A DNA stretch of 64,000 bases, taken from positions 1 through 64,000 of the forward strand of contig CALSCP010000733.1 in assembly GCA_943704425.1 (NCBI GenBank). Direction: 5' to 3'. Origin of the DNA: Ministeria vibrans ATCC 50519. Taxonomy: Eukaryota; Protista; Filasterea. Each line of letters opens with the position of its first letter. Position 1 is the stretch's first letter. Under the pieces are notes generated by a model that worked only from the letters and a program-made list of their open reading frames with translations, did not search any database and had not been told where the DNA came from. Positions 13,919 to 29,059 of this stretch are shown in pieces. A program made the position numbers and the translations under genes.

Positions 13919-14533
13919 GGTTTTACGATGTACAAAAAAAGTAAAATTTCCTTGAATAATGATTGAATGAACAGAAGCAAGAATATGATGGGAATGAGGT
14001 GTTCAGCAGGGTGGACACCCACGTTAACCTTTACATATGTATCATGTGACTGGTGACACGTGTGGTGGAGAGACACACGAAGGTAAGCGATCACGATCAA
14101 AGATCAACTTCAAACTTGTCTTTCAATTTTCATTTTCGACCTTTTTTTTTTGGCTCTTCACCGGGTAAGTTGTGACGCGTCGTCGGGTGCCGACCACAAA
14201 CGCATTGCGGGCATGATGGGAGACGCGTCCGTTGCGCGCATGGCCGTTCCTCATTTGCTGAACGATGAAAAAAAAAAAAAAAAAAAAAAGGGAAAAAAGT
14301 CCTGATGGGTTGCGTGTAACGTACAATGGACGCGTTCAATTGGGTGTGGGGGGTGTGCGTTGACAGTAGAAACGATGTCGTTGCGACAGCGGCACGCGTG
14401 GGTGTGCGATTGGCGCACAGTGGAGAGTCGCACGCAGAACATTAAAAAAAAAATGATGAAAAAAAAAATACTCACCGACTCTCGCTCTCTCTCGTGCTGC
14501 TGTGACCGCTTCTCCTGACGTGTAGGTTTCACT

Positions 14534-15842
<1,309 letters not shown>

Positions 15843-16136
15843 GTACATCAATAAAAAAACACACACACCCCCAACCTTGTTAGCATACTTGAGATCAAGA
15901 CAGTTTACGTTTCTTTTTGCTGAATGATTCTGTTGATTCAAGACAGTTTACGTTTCTCTTTGCTGAATGAGTCGAGCTGTTGTTCTATTCGTTTTTCCGC
16001 CCTGTTAAAAATCAAAAAATGATACCACAGCGACTGTGTGGCGAATCTGTTTATTAATTTGACTACTATCGTGTTCTAAGATGGCCAAAAAATACTATGA
16101 AAAAGTAAAGTGTACGTATTAATAATTAATTTATTG

Positions 16137-17033
16137 CTAAGACTGGGGCGAGTGGGGACTGGCGGTGGCAGTGATCACGTGGTAGGGTGTGCCGTTAGGC
16201 AGTTTGAAAGGATTGGCGTCGCGCGAGAGTCCATCTTTCGACAGGGCGTTGGCTGTGTGTGATGCGATGTGTACTGCAACAAAACAAAACATGCAAGTCG
16301 ACTTCAGAGGATATTACACTTATGAAAATATATAAACAGAGCGCATACCAATTTCGCCAATGACATACTCCTTGGGATGGACTTGCAGATCAAAGGCGAG
16401 GAAGGCCTCGCGTGAGAGAAAGGCATTTGCTGGTGAGCCAAACAAAACAAAATTGCCGGTTGTGGTTGGGAAAAACAGAGCTGTGTCGCCGGGACGGACG
16501 TCTTTGAAGGAGATGCAGGGGCGCTCGTGGGCACGATCAAGGGTGCGTGCGCTGAGCAGGTCGAGGAGCTCCCTCTGCCGCTCCGACAGCCCTTGCGCGC
16601 CCTCACCGCCCGCACTCACCAGCTCGTGTGTCGCCATAGGCAGACGGGAGGTAAGCGCCTCCAGACCAGCCTTGAGGCTCACTGAAAACGTGTGCAGTTG
16701 CGTTTGAAGCGCGGCCGTCTGCGTAGCGGAGGATGAGGAGGAGAGAGTCAATGCGTTCGACCAAGCAAAGGAATTTCCCGAACAAAAATCAGAAACCCGA
16801 AAAAAATCACCTCCTGCTGTGACGACGCGAGTTCAGCTGATTTCTCTTCTAGAGAGGCTTTCAACTGTGCAATTTCGGCCTCCAGCTAAGTAGAGAGTGT
16901 TAGAGAACTCAGCAAAATTGATTCGACGACTGACGAGCGATTCCATGTCGTGCTCCTGCTCGTCATCGTTGGCATCACGGGGGGTGACCACCTGCCACTC
17001 GGCGTGCGTGGAGGCTGAGAGGTCGTCTTCCAT
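16137..17033 (-). CDS. Short coiled-coil + Atg11/FIP200 C-terminal (Claw) domain protein, 4 exons, ~225 aa
   Basis: CISFKDVRPGDTALFFPT...FLS...EYVIGEIVHI...ANPFKLPNGTPYHVITA matches the Atg11 C-terminal pattern. Exons join in frame through GT-AG introns. Confidence 0.75.
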
Positions 17034-17523
17034 TGAGAGAATTAGTTTGAACTTTGAACTTTGATCAAAGGAATCCTGGGGTGTGCTGCTTCACAGTTCA
17101 CAAATACCACTCAAGTGAGTCGAGTGGGCTGAGCGCCAAGTAACTCAAGTAAGTTACCGTAGTTACGTCACTTGCGTGAGTGATGAGTCGAGTGGGCTGA
17201 GCGCCAAGTTCAAGTGGAGTCGAACATTATTAAGAATTCAAGTTTCAACAATCAGTCAAAAATAACTCAAAATTATTATTCATGTACGCCCCTTTTGGTC
17301 TTCTCTCCGTCTGTGCATCGTGTCGAGTCTTGAGACCAATTGCTAAGCGGGCTGCCCCCTTCTTTTTTTGTCTTCGTGTTGAAACCGACCAAAACAGTCT
17401 TGTCATGGTGCGCAAACGGTTGTGACTGACTTGGTTGCCACNNNNNNNTTGAGACCAATTGCTAAGCGGGCTGCCCCCTTCTTTTTTTGTCTTCGTGTTG
17501 AAACCGACCAAAACAGTCTTGTC

Positions 17524-17970
17524 ATGGTGCGCAAACGGTTGTGACTGACTTGGTTGCCACGTCGCTCTGTTCGTGGCCCATGTTGTTCTCCAAACTCATT
17601 CGTATCTGCTGTCTGTGTGTAGGGCCGCGATGCACGCACCAAGAGAACGCGAAAGGTACGAAACAGCCGTTGCTAAGGTTTCGGTCGTTTGTGACAGCTT
17701 ATCGTTTCTCATCTCTCACTGAAAGACGGTGGAGCCCTTTGTGATTCCCGGCTATGATTGTGTGCGACCATCAGAGTATGTGGGGCTGCCGGGTGCAGGA
17801 GCGCCCTTTTCGGAATTTCCTGTGATTGAAAAGTACATCAAAGACGCACAACCAGGTTCGTACACACGCGCTCAGCACGCGCTCAACAGTGTGTGTGTGT
17901 GGAGAGAGAGGACGGGTTGCAGGGAGAAGACAGTGCATAATAAGTATTATATATGATTCTATGTTAATAT

Positions 17971-18022
<52 letters not shown>

Positions 18023-19273
18023 GCCAGTCAAAGTTTGGCATGAGTCTAAACATGGGGCTCCGACTGCTTAGCGCTTGTGCTGAGACCACTGCACCAGTTG
18101 CTGTACAACACGGCGGGCACTGCACACGAGATCAAGAGCAATCTGCAGCAAGTTTTCGGGCTTTGTCCTTATCAATCTGGGGGACAAGGAGCGTCGTCGA
18201 GAGAAGCTGCACAGGAAACCCATCGGGGAATTGCGGGCGTACGCCAAAATATTTGGACTGGGAGCGCACGGAGAGCACAATGAGCTTGCTGAGCGCGTCT
18301 TCAAGTTCTGTCTCTGTCCAACGGTACGAACCTGAGTGGCTGTGAGTGGGTAATAGTGCCCATGACCTACCGACTGGTGTTTATATAACTTAATAATAAT
18401 TATTCTATATTAAATATTATATTTTGTGTGTACAGCAGACATATTTGCAGAAGAATGGGTCATTTTCCACCAGCCAAAACGAAATTCACATCAACACACC
18501 TGACAGAGCACAAGAAACAACGGAAGGAGGTGCTGCAGAAGACACTACCAAGCAAGAGCAAGAACGCGAATAAGAAGCGCAAGCGACAAGAAGAAGAGGA
18601 AGAAGAGGAAGAAGAAGAAAAAGAAGAGTATGAGGGAAGTGAGAGCGATGAGGACAGTAGTGAGAGCGATGAGTCTGTCTCGCACTCTCGCGGCAGCACG
18701 CGCACAGCATCCCCCACCAAAAAGAAGAAGACGACGACGACGAGAACAACGACAACGACTGGTGCTGTTGCTGCTGCTACTACTACTACTGACAAGAGAG
18801 CACCAGCGGGCACCAAACAACGCAAGAGTGACCCGCCACAGACGGCGCTGTCAACGTTCGCCCGCCGCCAGAGTCCTCTTCCACCCGCACCCCGGCGCCC
18901 CTCCCGCAAGGCCTCCGCCGCCCACATCTCATCCGACAAGCTCTTTCCCGTCCTGCCTGCCCTCAACATCTCATCAAAGTACACAAAGTGAGAGAGGAAG
19001 GAGAAAGAAACCAATTGATAGAGAGAAATGACACTCACACTCTCTCTCACACCCACTCACAGTGACGACCCCGAGATTGTCTCGGGGCTCAGCAATGCGT
19101 CACTGCGCACTGCAATTCTCAGCATCCTCCACACTGTCGAGCTCGCGTCCACTTCGCGTCGCAACGTCCGACAGCGTCTGATGGAGGACTATCGCTCCTT
19201 TGACTTTGAGACACCGAAGAAGCCCCTTAATGCACTCATTGGTGAGCTTGCACAGGAGCTCAGTCCCAAATGA
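17524..19273 (+). CDS. DEK-like chromatin protein (central SAP-like region + DEK_C) with an apparent frameshift; possibly a pseudogene or an assembly error
   Basis: RTKRTRKTVEPF..PGAGAPFSEFPVIEKYI..LRPLHQLLY..EIKSNL/KFSGF..LAERVFKF; acidic/basic linker; DEK_C SNASLRTAILSILHTVELASTSRRNVRQRLMEDY..LNALIGEL. Confidence 0.75.
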
Positions 19274-19571
19274 GAAACGTAACAACGTCTCATTTACCCT
19301 AATAACCCGGATATTATTCACCCGATCCTTTCATCAGTACTTGAGTCAGGCATGCGAGCAATATGGATGCTTTTTTGGCATCCATAGACTCAACATCAGT
19401 ACATAGGACTCATTAAGCTAAATGTTAAAACCGACAATTGCAACACAAATAACTCATGATCAGTACCACTTTGTAAGCGACAAGAACGGTGAAAGGGAGC
19501 GGAAACAGGTTGACTAACGCGTACATCATAATACTTTTCTCTTGACTTACGAATTCCTTACGAATCCTCTT

Positions 19572-20504
19572 TTATTCACCTAAGAATATCATATGGTCGT
19601 CAAAATCGCTGAAATCATCGTCATCGTCAACACCGCTCCCCCCGCCGTCGTCGTGATTTAAATTGTCGTCATCATCATCGTCACGACCGATAATACTGGC
19701 CTGCAAGGGCGTGTTGAGGTCGACGTCGACGTCTGATTTGCCTTCGACAGCATAGGTGTGCGCTGTGCTGTAATCAGTGTCAGATTGATGAATCGGACGG
19801 GACGTGTCAGTTGTCTTTTGTCTTGTGGGAATCTGGATCCTCTCCATGAGTTCTTTTTTTAGTCGTTGAGTTTCGCGCTCCAAATTCTCGACTTGGAGTG
19901 CTATAGAAAGTTTATGATAAACATAGAAAAAAAAAATTAACAATGATGCAAATTGGGAGTCATGATCATGATTCGATACTAAGCAAGATGTTGCGCTCCT
20001 GCTCGACTGTGATGCTCCTCAGTGCCTCATCGCGCTCCCTTCTTAATACTGTAATGCAGGCTATTCAGGATAACGGATCAAGTGAAGAGAAAAACATCGT
20101 ACGTTTGAGATCCGCTTCGAGTGTCTCCGTGTCGTCCTGTGCTTCACTGAGCTCTGCGCTCAGTCGTTTTTTTGTAACTGCATGAAACGCCCTACGTATA
20201 TTACACATGCGCACACACGCACCCAAATATTATAAACAATATATTATTAGAGAGAGTGGCATTAAATGGGGTGCGCACATGAGTTGGTGGCAGAGCACGG
20301 TGAGAGCGTCCACCGTGACCGGCAGAGCACCGAGGGGAATGGCAAAGGGGTCCGACTGCGCCGCTGTATCTGCATGTGTGCGTTCGTCCTCGGGCACACG
20401 TGCCGCATCGGGAGCAGGATCGGCATCGCCTGAGTCCTCTGCGCTAAATACCCGCACTTGGCTTTGAGTTTGTTGCGCTGCCTTGCGCTCTCTCTAATGT
20501 ACAT
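19572..20504 (-). CDS. Hypothetical coiled-coil protein with acidic C-terminus, multi-exon; boundaries approximate
   Basis: GC-rich exon-like blocks (RLSAELSEAQDDTETLEADLK; LQVENLERETQRLKKELMERIQ) separated by AT-rich GT-AG introns. Confidence 0.5.
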
Positions 20505-20548
20505 GTGTGGTCGTCAAACCATGGACGTTACGTATGACATTGCTAATA

Positions 20549-21978
<1,430 letters not shown>

Positions 21979-22438
21979 GGATACTGAGTAAAAAAATGTG
22001 CGTGAACTATCAAATCAAATAATTCAACAGGCAACAAGTTCATTCGACTGATTAAAATTAATATTATTATTATAAAAGAGGATCGTGAGGGGCGGGACTC
22101 ATGTGGCGGGATTCATGATCAGGTTATTCAGGAGTCATGATGACTTGATCAGGAGTGAGAGTGTGAGACAGACTCACTGACTTACTCACTTGCTCGAATG
22201 AGTCACTGACTGACTGACTCTCTTTCTCTCTTTAATGATCATGACCCGGGGATCTTTAGGTGCTTTGTGAATTAATAGTATAATATACGATTCGCCCTTT
22301 CCCGTTTCCAACTTTGGCGTCGATATCGCCAAAATTGACATCACATGTACAGCATTGACAGCAACCAAATGCTGGTCACCACTTAGTAGTAGCGAATTAG
22401 TAGCCGGTGTTTTTAAAACGACCATGACTCAAATAATT

Positions 22439-22439
<1 letters not shown>

Positions 22440-22517
<78 letters not shown>

Positions 22518-22565
22518 CATAATCATAATAATAATAATAAAATAATAATTATAATAATAATAATC

Positions 22566-22641
<76 letters not shown>

Positions 22642-22678
22642 GAATAATAATAATAATAATAATAATAATAACGAAAAA

Positions 22679-22727
<49 letters not shown>

Positions 22728-22730
22728 CTT
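22440..22730. repeat. (TAA)n microsatellite
   Basis: Long intergenic AAT run. Confidence 0.95.
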
Positions 22731-22902
22731 AATAATATTAGCAGAGAATCGAGATCTGGAGTCTTTACTCAATGTCAAAATAAGACATTGTACAAAACAT
22801 AAGAGCACTTATTATTATTATTATTATTATTAATCGTTATAGTCATGATAGAAATAATATTAAAAATAATTTTTACTACAATCAAACATCCACATAAAAA
22901 TA

Positions 22903-24014
22903 TTAAACCCGGGTCCCGATCTCGGGGGAGTGCACCAGACGATCAACATCGAGTACGTAGGGATGGGTGTGGGTAAGCTGGGCTCGTGAGAAGGTGGGTG
23001 AGGAAGAAGTGCTGAGCTTGGACGGCTCATTCAGTTCAGCGTGCGAAATTGAACTCTGTGTGTGGGTGGGAGGGTGCCGTGACGTAGAGCTGCCGGGTGC
23101 CAACAGATCTTCTTTCTTCTGTTGTTGCATTGCTCGCATACGGTCGTGTGTGATTTTGACTGAGCTGCGGAGCTGTCGGCGCTTGCGCATCGACATGGGC
23201 GACGCATTGGACGGGGAATCGGCGGAGGACGAGGCGTCTGCAGAGGGTGATTGATGTTGATGGTGGGATTGATGCGGCTGCGAGTCTTCGGGCAAGTCCA
23301 AAGTGGGGGTTCGTCGTGGTGGAAGTACAGAGCCTTCGAGACTGGTGAGAGAGTCCTCACGGGGGCCTAGCAAGCGACACTTGTATGCGGCGGGTGGCGA
23401 ACCATAGCGAAACTTGACGGGAGCAGAGCGTCCTGTGGGCGACGTGGGTGCAGAGTGGCTGGTTCGTGTGACTGTTGTGGCCACCCCGAGGAGCGCCTGG
23501 GCCGTCGTGGCGGCCGTGGCGGTGCTCGTTGAGCTCGCTGTGCTCGTTGTGCTTGTTGTGCGCGCTGGCTTTGAATTGGCCGTCTGCTCTGCTTCGTCCG
23601 CCACAGTCTTGTTGAGATTCGTGACGCTTCGGGTGTGCGTGCGGCGCTTTCGCCGTACAATGGTCGACTGACGGCGCTTAAGGACGCTAGGATGCATGCA
23701 CGACTGGGCGGATGAAAGAACATAATTGTAGTCAGTGATAACACGAAAAAAAAAAAAAAAAACTTTGAACTTGTTTGATGGCACCACACCTGGTCAACGG
23801 TACCCTTTTTGCCAGCGGAGGCCTCCACCAGAACAGCACGACGAGTAAAACACTTGGACAGGCGCGCGGTGAGGCTGGCAATGGCGCTCGGAGTCGGAGG
23901 CGTTGCTGACGTCTCTTTGTGACGTTCGCTCGGTCGCTCGGGAAGTAGGCGTCGCGCCCGCTCTGGCGACGATTCGGGGGATTCCAAATGGCAAGGGTTA
24001 GCTACGTCGCACAT
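22903..24014 (-). CDS. Hypothetical Ser/Thr/Pro/Arg-rich low-complexity protein; 5' end approximate
   Basis: Long GC-rich open frame (ORF 22903-23787) plus an upstream exon ending at a GTGTGG donor near 23790. Confidence 0.55.
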
Positions 24015-24203
24015 ACGAGGAAATGTATATGAATAATATTAATTTTTGAAAGCAAAGAAGGTTCGGAGTTGAAACCTATGACATGACTGTGTGACACTGC
24101 GACTGAAATGAGTCATGAGTGAGTGAAATCTTCACTTTCACTCTTCTGTTCACTAATACCACATCGGGGAATCTTTGCTGCTAAATACCTGCTTCGACTT
24201 GTT

Positions 24204-24612
24204 ATGGACGTGCCTCCTACGACTCCGCCATCGGCGCCAGACGCAGCGACGACTGCCAAATATGTTCCGCCGAAACGGTTTTATCACGGTACACGCTTAT
24301 GCAGCAAACGTGCAGGAAATGGCGTTGTGTGGTGCGTGGTGTGACAGTCAACTTTGTCGCCACTCGTACGATGAGTGCGCCTGGCATCTGGCTATAGAAA
24401 CTGAAACAAGCGAGTCCCAAAAATTCACTCCTCTCTCCTCTCCAGGACAACCGACGTATGTGTACGTGTACTGGGGGATTGCAGGGTTTGCCCTTGCCTT
24501 GTATGGCGTCCAGGCGTTCCGGGACTACCGCCGCGACAAACGCGACCTCCAGAGTGCGCAGGAGCGGTGGGCGGCCGGCGACGAAGCACCGCCCCGCACC
24601 AAGTGGGACTGA
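24204..24612 (+). CDS. Small (~80 aa) single-pass membrane protein, 2 exons
   Basis: MDVPPTTPP...KRFYH|GQPTYVYVYWGIAGFALALYGVQAFRDYRRDKR...; GT-AG intron ~24289-24445. Confidence 0.65.
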
Positions 24613-25181
24613 CGCGTATGAGCAGCACCGCCGCCATCCGCCCACCTCCGACCTCCACGCCACCCCTGTACCACTCCATGAGTTATTGTTACTTTGTTAT
24701 CTATCCAGTATTCCTAACGTCTGAATGAACGACTCAAGTGTATCATAATTGTGAAGTTACACACTCTCAGTGCCACCTACTCCCTACCTAGTGCATTCAT
24801 TGTCGTTTAGGCCGCTCTCGCTTGACGCTTTGTCCTTCTCCAGACTCCAGTCCTTCGTGATCTTGCAAAAGTCAATCACAACAAGCAATTTTTCGCTGTG
24901 CCTGTCGCTTGAGAGAGATAAATGAGATGTAGAATGAATGACGATACTGATAATAAATGATTATCGTCATTCAGTCGACGCAAGCCAAGTTAGCCAAGGT
25001 GCTAATAAAACTACTCAGTACTCATGTAACTTGTAAGTGATGTACTCATGTAAATAAATGATGTTATTACTTCTTAACAACTCTTCTTTACTTGTATGTC
25101 CGCATTATATGATTGGAAATGTCTTCTATATTATTACAGTTTTATTTGAACACAATTTTAATTTTTATTCATCATTTTGAA

Positions 25182-27165
25182 ATGTACCCTCCAAAGGGCC
25201 TCTGGCCCCTCGTACAAACCGATTTATGCCGCGATCAGACTGCACCTCTTGTGACTTCGCCACTCACAATCGATATTGACCAGAGTGGACCGCTGCCCAT
25301 TTCCTTCCGCCCTGACACCGCCACCGACATCCTTCACCCACTCTGCCTCCATGCGCAAGCTCTACTTGATCAGTCCGCCCTTGCGGTCTCTCCTTCCCAC
25401 CGGATTCTGATTGGCATTGCTGGCTGTGGCGCCTCAGGCAAATCGGTGTTTGCCGAACTTTTGCGTGCAGCGTTAGAGGCGTCAAAACTTGCGGCCCAAA
25501 CTCTCTCCATGGACGCCTTCCACCTCCCCAATTCAGTACTGGACACGTCGACTGTCACTCTTGACAATGGCTCACAAGTATCCATGCGATCCGTCAAAGT
25601 AGGCTCTCCCTCTGCCCCCTCGCCCCGTTCACCCACCCTCCTCCTCTCTCCTTTCGTAGGGCACGCCACCGACCATTGACGTCGACGCCTTTCTTCACAC
25701 CCTTCAACAATGTCGCCATTCCAATACACACGTCTCTGTGCCCGTCTACAATCGCACGCTGCACGATCCCGTCGCAGACGCAAAGGCGATCGACGCCACC
25801 ACTCGCATTGTCGTTGTCGAAGGCCTCTACCTGCTGCACGAAGACGCCCAGTGGGCCAACGTACTACCGCTTCTCGACTTTTCGCTTTACCTCGATGCAG
25901 ACCTGGCGCAAGTGTGTCGACCTCGCCACATATCTCGTCAGATTCGTGGCGGACGCACTCCCGAGGCAGCCGAGGCACACTTTGTCGCCGTGGACGTGCC
26001 CAACGCAGAGCTCATTGCCCGTGGACGGTCTCGTGCACATGCTGTTTTGAATGTCAACGAAGAAACACAAGGAGAAGAAGTCGACACGACTAGCACCATT
26101 ACGGTGTACACAGTGGACGGGGTCCACTTGTACGAGCGCTCCTTTCCGCCTCTTTTACTTGCCATTGGACCCAATCCTGCACTGCAAAAGAGCCTCACCT
26201 TTGACGCAACGCCGCTCCGTCTTGGCGAAGTGAACCGCGCAAGTGCACTGAGCGTCTCCTGTGGCGGCAAAGGGGCGCACTTTGCACGCGCCGCCTCGCG
26301 ACTCGCGCGTGGCTGTGTCGCAGTTGCCCACTTTCTGGGCACACGGGGCTCGGCTGAAGCGGACTTTGTTGAGCGCACGATGCTCGCCGATGGTGTCACC
26401 CAGCTCATCGGTCGCTTTACTGGACGCACGCGTACCTGCACAACGCTGTTGTCCAAAGAGGACGCATCCATGACCGAACTGATTGAGCCAAGCGACCTCG
26501 TCTCATCCGACTGTGTGGAGCAGCTCACACGCGACATCGCGACTGTGCTGGCTACACCGCGGGCGCCACATCCTCTCACGGGCTCGTGTGCACGTGGCGT
26601 TGCCATTTGCGGAACCTATCCACCGGGAGTCACACCGTCCTTCTATGCCAATGTTGCTCGCGCACTTGATACCTCTGCCGTGCTTCTCCTCGACGGCTAC
26701 AAGGGCGTTGACGAGCTACTGGCCACACGTCGCGTCAACATTCTCAAGGTCAACGAGGAGGAGATTGCGCGTCTTACCGACACTGTACGCGGCCATGCCC
26801 ATCACGACAGGGCCGCCGCCATTCTCTTTGACAACCACTGGCTTGCGCCCAACGGCGCACTTTGCATCACTGCCGGTGCCGATCGCGCTGCCGTGTACAC
26901 CGAAGATGGCACGTGCTGGGAGGCAGCACTGCCTCGCATCAACTGTGTCAATCCCATTGGCGCCGGCGATACGTGTAGTGCCGTTGCGCTGTACCGCCTT
27001 GTTGCCCACGACGATCCTATTCACATGGCCTTCTTCCGTGGCGTCGCTGCCGCCACTGCAAGCTGCCTGCACATGGAAGGTGCTCGTTTCTATCTTCACG
27101 ATGCCAACCGGTTTCTCTCGCAGATGGCGCTTGTGCAGCGAACGTGGAAGCAAGCAAATCGGTGA
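25182..27165 (+). CDS. Fusion of a YggC/FrcK/YFH7-like P-loop kinase and a PfkB-family (1-phosphofructokinase/LacC-like) sugar kinase
   Basis: N half: IGIAGCGASGKS, LSMDAFH, GTPPTID, PVYNRTLHDP, IVVVEGLYLL. C half: PNPALQKSL, GEVNRA, GGKGAHFARA, TRTC, LKVNEEE, NPIGAGD. One intron at 25599-25659. Confidence 0.85.
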
Positions 27166-27317
27166 TAATCATATATAAAAAGTAAACAAGTAACCCAAAT
27201 CCAAAACTTTGAATTTTTAATTTTAATAAGTACTTCTTTTTCTGTTCTTTTTCAACGCTTGAGCATTGTGGTTTGTATCGAACGCCCTTCATCTCTTTTA
27301 TTGTTTTTGCTTTCCAA

Positions 27318-27910
27318 ATGAGTGTTCAGGTATAAAAATGAGGTTTGCTTCGCTCAACGCTCGCTTCTCACCGATGCAGACTGTTATCATATTATTGGTC
27401 TATTATGTATGGTGTTTCTGAACGGCTCGCCGATGCGCAAACGTCAAACGTTTTTTTTTTTTTTATTGTTTTTGAAAATGGCGTTGCGATAGGCGACCAC
27501 CCAACTTGGCAATGTAGGCGTTTTCCTGCTGATCTGATTGCGTCATGTAGGCAGCCGAGTCGAGGAAGGACGAGTTCCGTGCCTATCTAGAGAAGAACGG
27601 TGTTGTGGACACGCTCACCAAGGTGCTGGTTGGCCTGTACGAGGAGCCTGACAAGCCGTCTGATGCGCTCGACTTTGTCAAGCGCTACCTGGGCGCGCCG
27701 GTTGGAGTCGACGTCGAGCAGCTCAAGGAAGACAACGAGATGCTGCGTGCCGAAAATGAAGCCCTCAAGAGCGAAATTGCGACGCTGAAGGAAGCTGCGC
27801 AGGAGACGCCGAACAAGGACGAAGGAAAAGTCGAGGAGGAGAAGGAGGAGGAGGAGAAGGAGGAGAAGGAGGAGGAGAAGGAGAAGGAGGAGGAGGAGGA
27901 GGAGGAGTAA
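27318..27910 (+). CDS. MYCBP: c-Myc-binding protein (MYCBP/AMY-1) homolog
   Basis: MSVQ|AAESRKDEFRAYLEKNGVVDTLTKVLVGLYEEPDKPSDALDFVKRYLG followed by a coiled coil and a Glu-rich tail. Confidence 0.88.
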
Positions 27911-28288
27911 CGAGCACTGATGGCCCAGACTTTGAATGTACAGTAGTAATTTTCGTTAACAGTCATTGTAGACGGTTCATTCCGTCACAGTCTAGCTAAG
28001 TAGCTAACCTCAGCAGCTGCTCTTTTTTTTAATGATCTTTGTTTGCGTTGGTATGAAGCAAGTGTGTAGTCGTGCGATCTTGGTAACACCGGTTGTAGCT
28101 GTCACTGTCGTGACACATTGGCGTCTTCCGAATCCTTAGTTCAATTTGTTTACAATCATAATGGTGTAAAAGTCGACATACCATCGTGTTTGGTCAAGTA
28201 TAGTGTTATCGCACTTGTAAACGTAACAATACATTCGAAGCATCAACCAAAATATCAAGATTAAAGGATAGTACAGTTTACTTACAGG

Positions 28289-29059
28289 TTAGATGTCTCC
28301 AATGGCGAGTAGCGCACGCTGCGCTTCTTCCACCGTCTCCTCCGTTTCCTCCTGTACACCGTGTTGTGAATCACTTGAATTAGATGTCTCGTGTTGAGCG
28401 GATCTGCTCCAGAACGAAGGAACAGTGTGTGGCTCGGGCGCGACGTAACCCGTCGAGCGATCGCATTTGTAGAAGAAGAAGGCAAATGAGTCGCCAAATT
28501 CGGTCCAGGTCGTGGACCAGGCGAGTTCGGGAAGCAATTGAAGGTGTCGTCGACGAAAGTGAGGCTGTGCAAAGGTGATGGAGAGGAAACGGCCGGAGGG
28601 ACGCAAGACGCGCGACGCCTCACGCAGCGCCGTTTCAATGCTCGTCTTGGCGGCCTCAGCGACATTCCAGGGATCGCCAGCGTCCACCATTAGCGTGTCC
28701 AGGGAGCCCTTTTCAACAACAACGTCAAAGGAGGCGTCGTCGAGCGGGAGCGCAAGCATGTCGCCGACAATCCACTCTTGCTTGTGCGCGTCGCGTTGGC
28801 GCATCTTCTCAATCACCACCGGCGAATAGTCAAGGTTGGAAACGTGCTCTACACCATCTTCACGCAGACATGCCCCAAGTGCACTGTTTCCACAGCCGAG
28901 AATGAGAACGCGGTCGCCCGGACGTATCTCAGGACGGAGCAAGTGCCGGAAATTCTCATACGCACCACACCACTCAAAAGCATCTTCCTCTTCAAAACGG
29001 CGATCCCAATATGCCTGATGAAGAAAATCACGGTTGTGAAAGGTCGAAGAAGACGCCAT
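28289..29059 (-). CDS. Class I SAM methyltransferase, EEF1AKMT4/METTL13-N-like
   Basis: YWDRRF..FEW, VLILGCGNS, DYSPVVI, FDVVVEKGSLD, SRVLRPSGRFLSITFAQPHFR. Confidence 0.85.
   Translation of the reverse strand: MASSSTFHNRDFLHQAYWDRRFEEEDAFEWCGAYENFRHLLRPEIRPGDRVLILGCGNSALGACLREDGVEHVSNLDYSPVVIEKMRQRDAHKQEWIVGDMLALPLDDASFDVVVEKGSLDTLMVDAGDPWNVAEAAKTSIETALREASRVLRPSGRFLSITFAQPHFRRRHLQLLPELAWSTTWTEFGDSFAFFFYKCDRSTGYVAPEPHTVPSFWSRSAQHETSNSSDSQHGVQEETEETVEEAQRALLAIGDI

Noticed and set aside
15895-15970. 33-bp direct repeat in the RPL5 3' region
   Set aside because: A simple local duplication with no evidence of function.
17329-17561. 113-bp exact tandem duplication
   Set aside because: The copies directly flank an N gap, so this is most likely a scaffolding overlap artefact.
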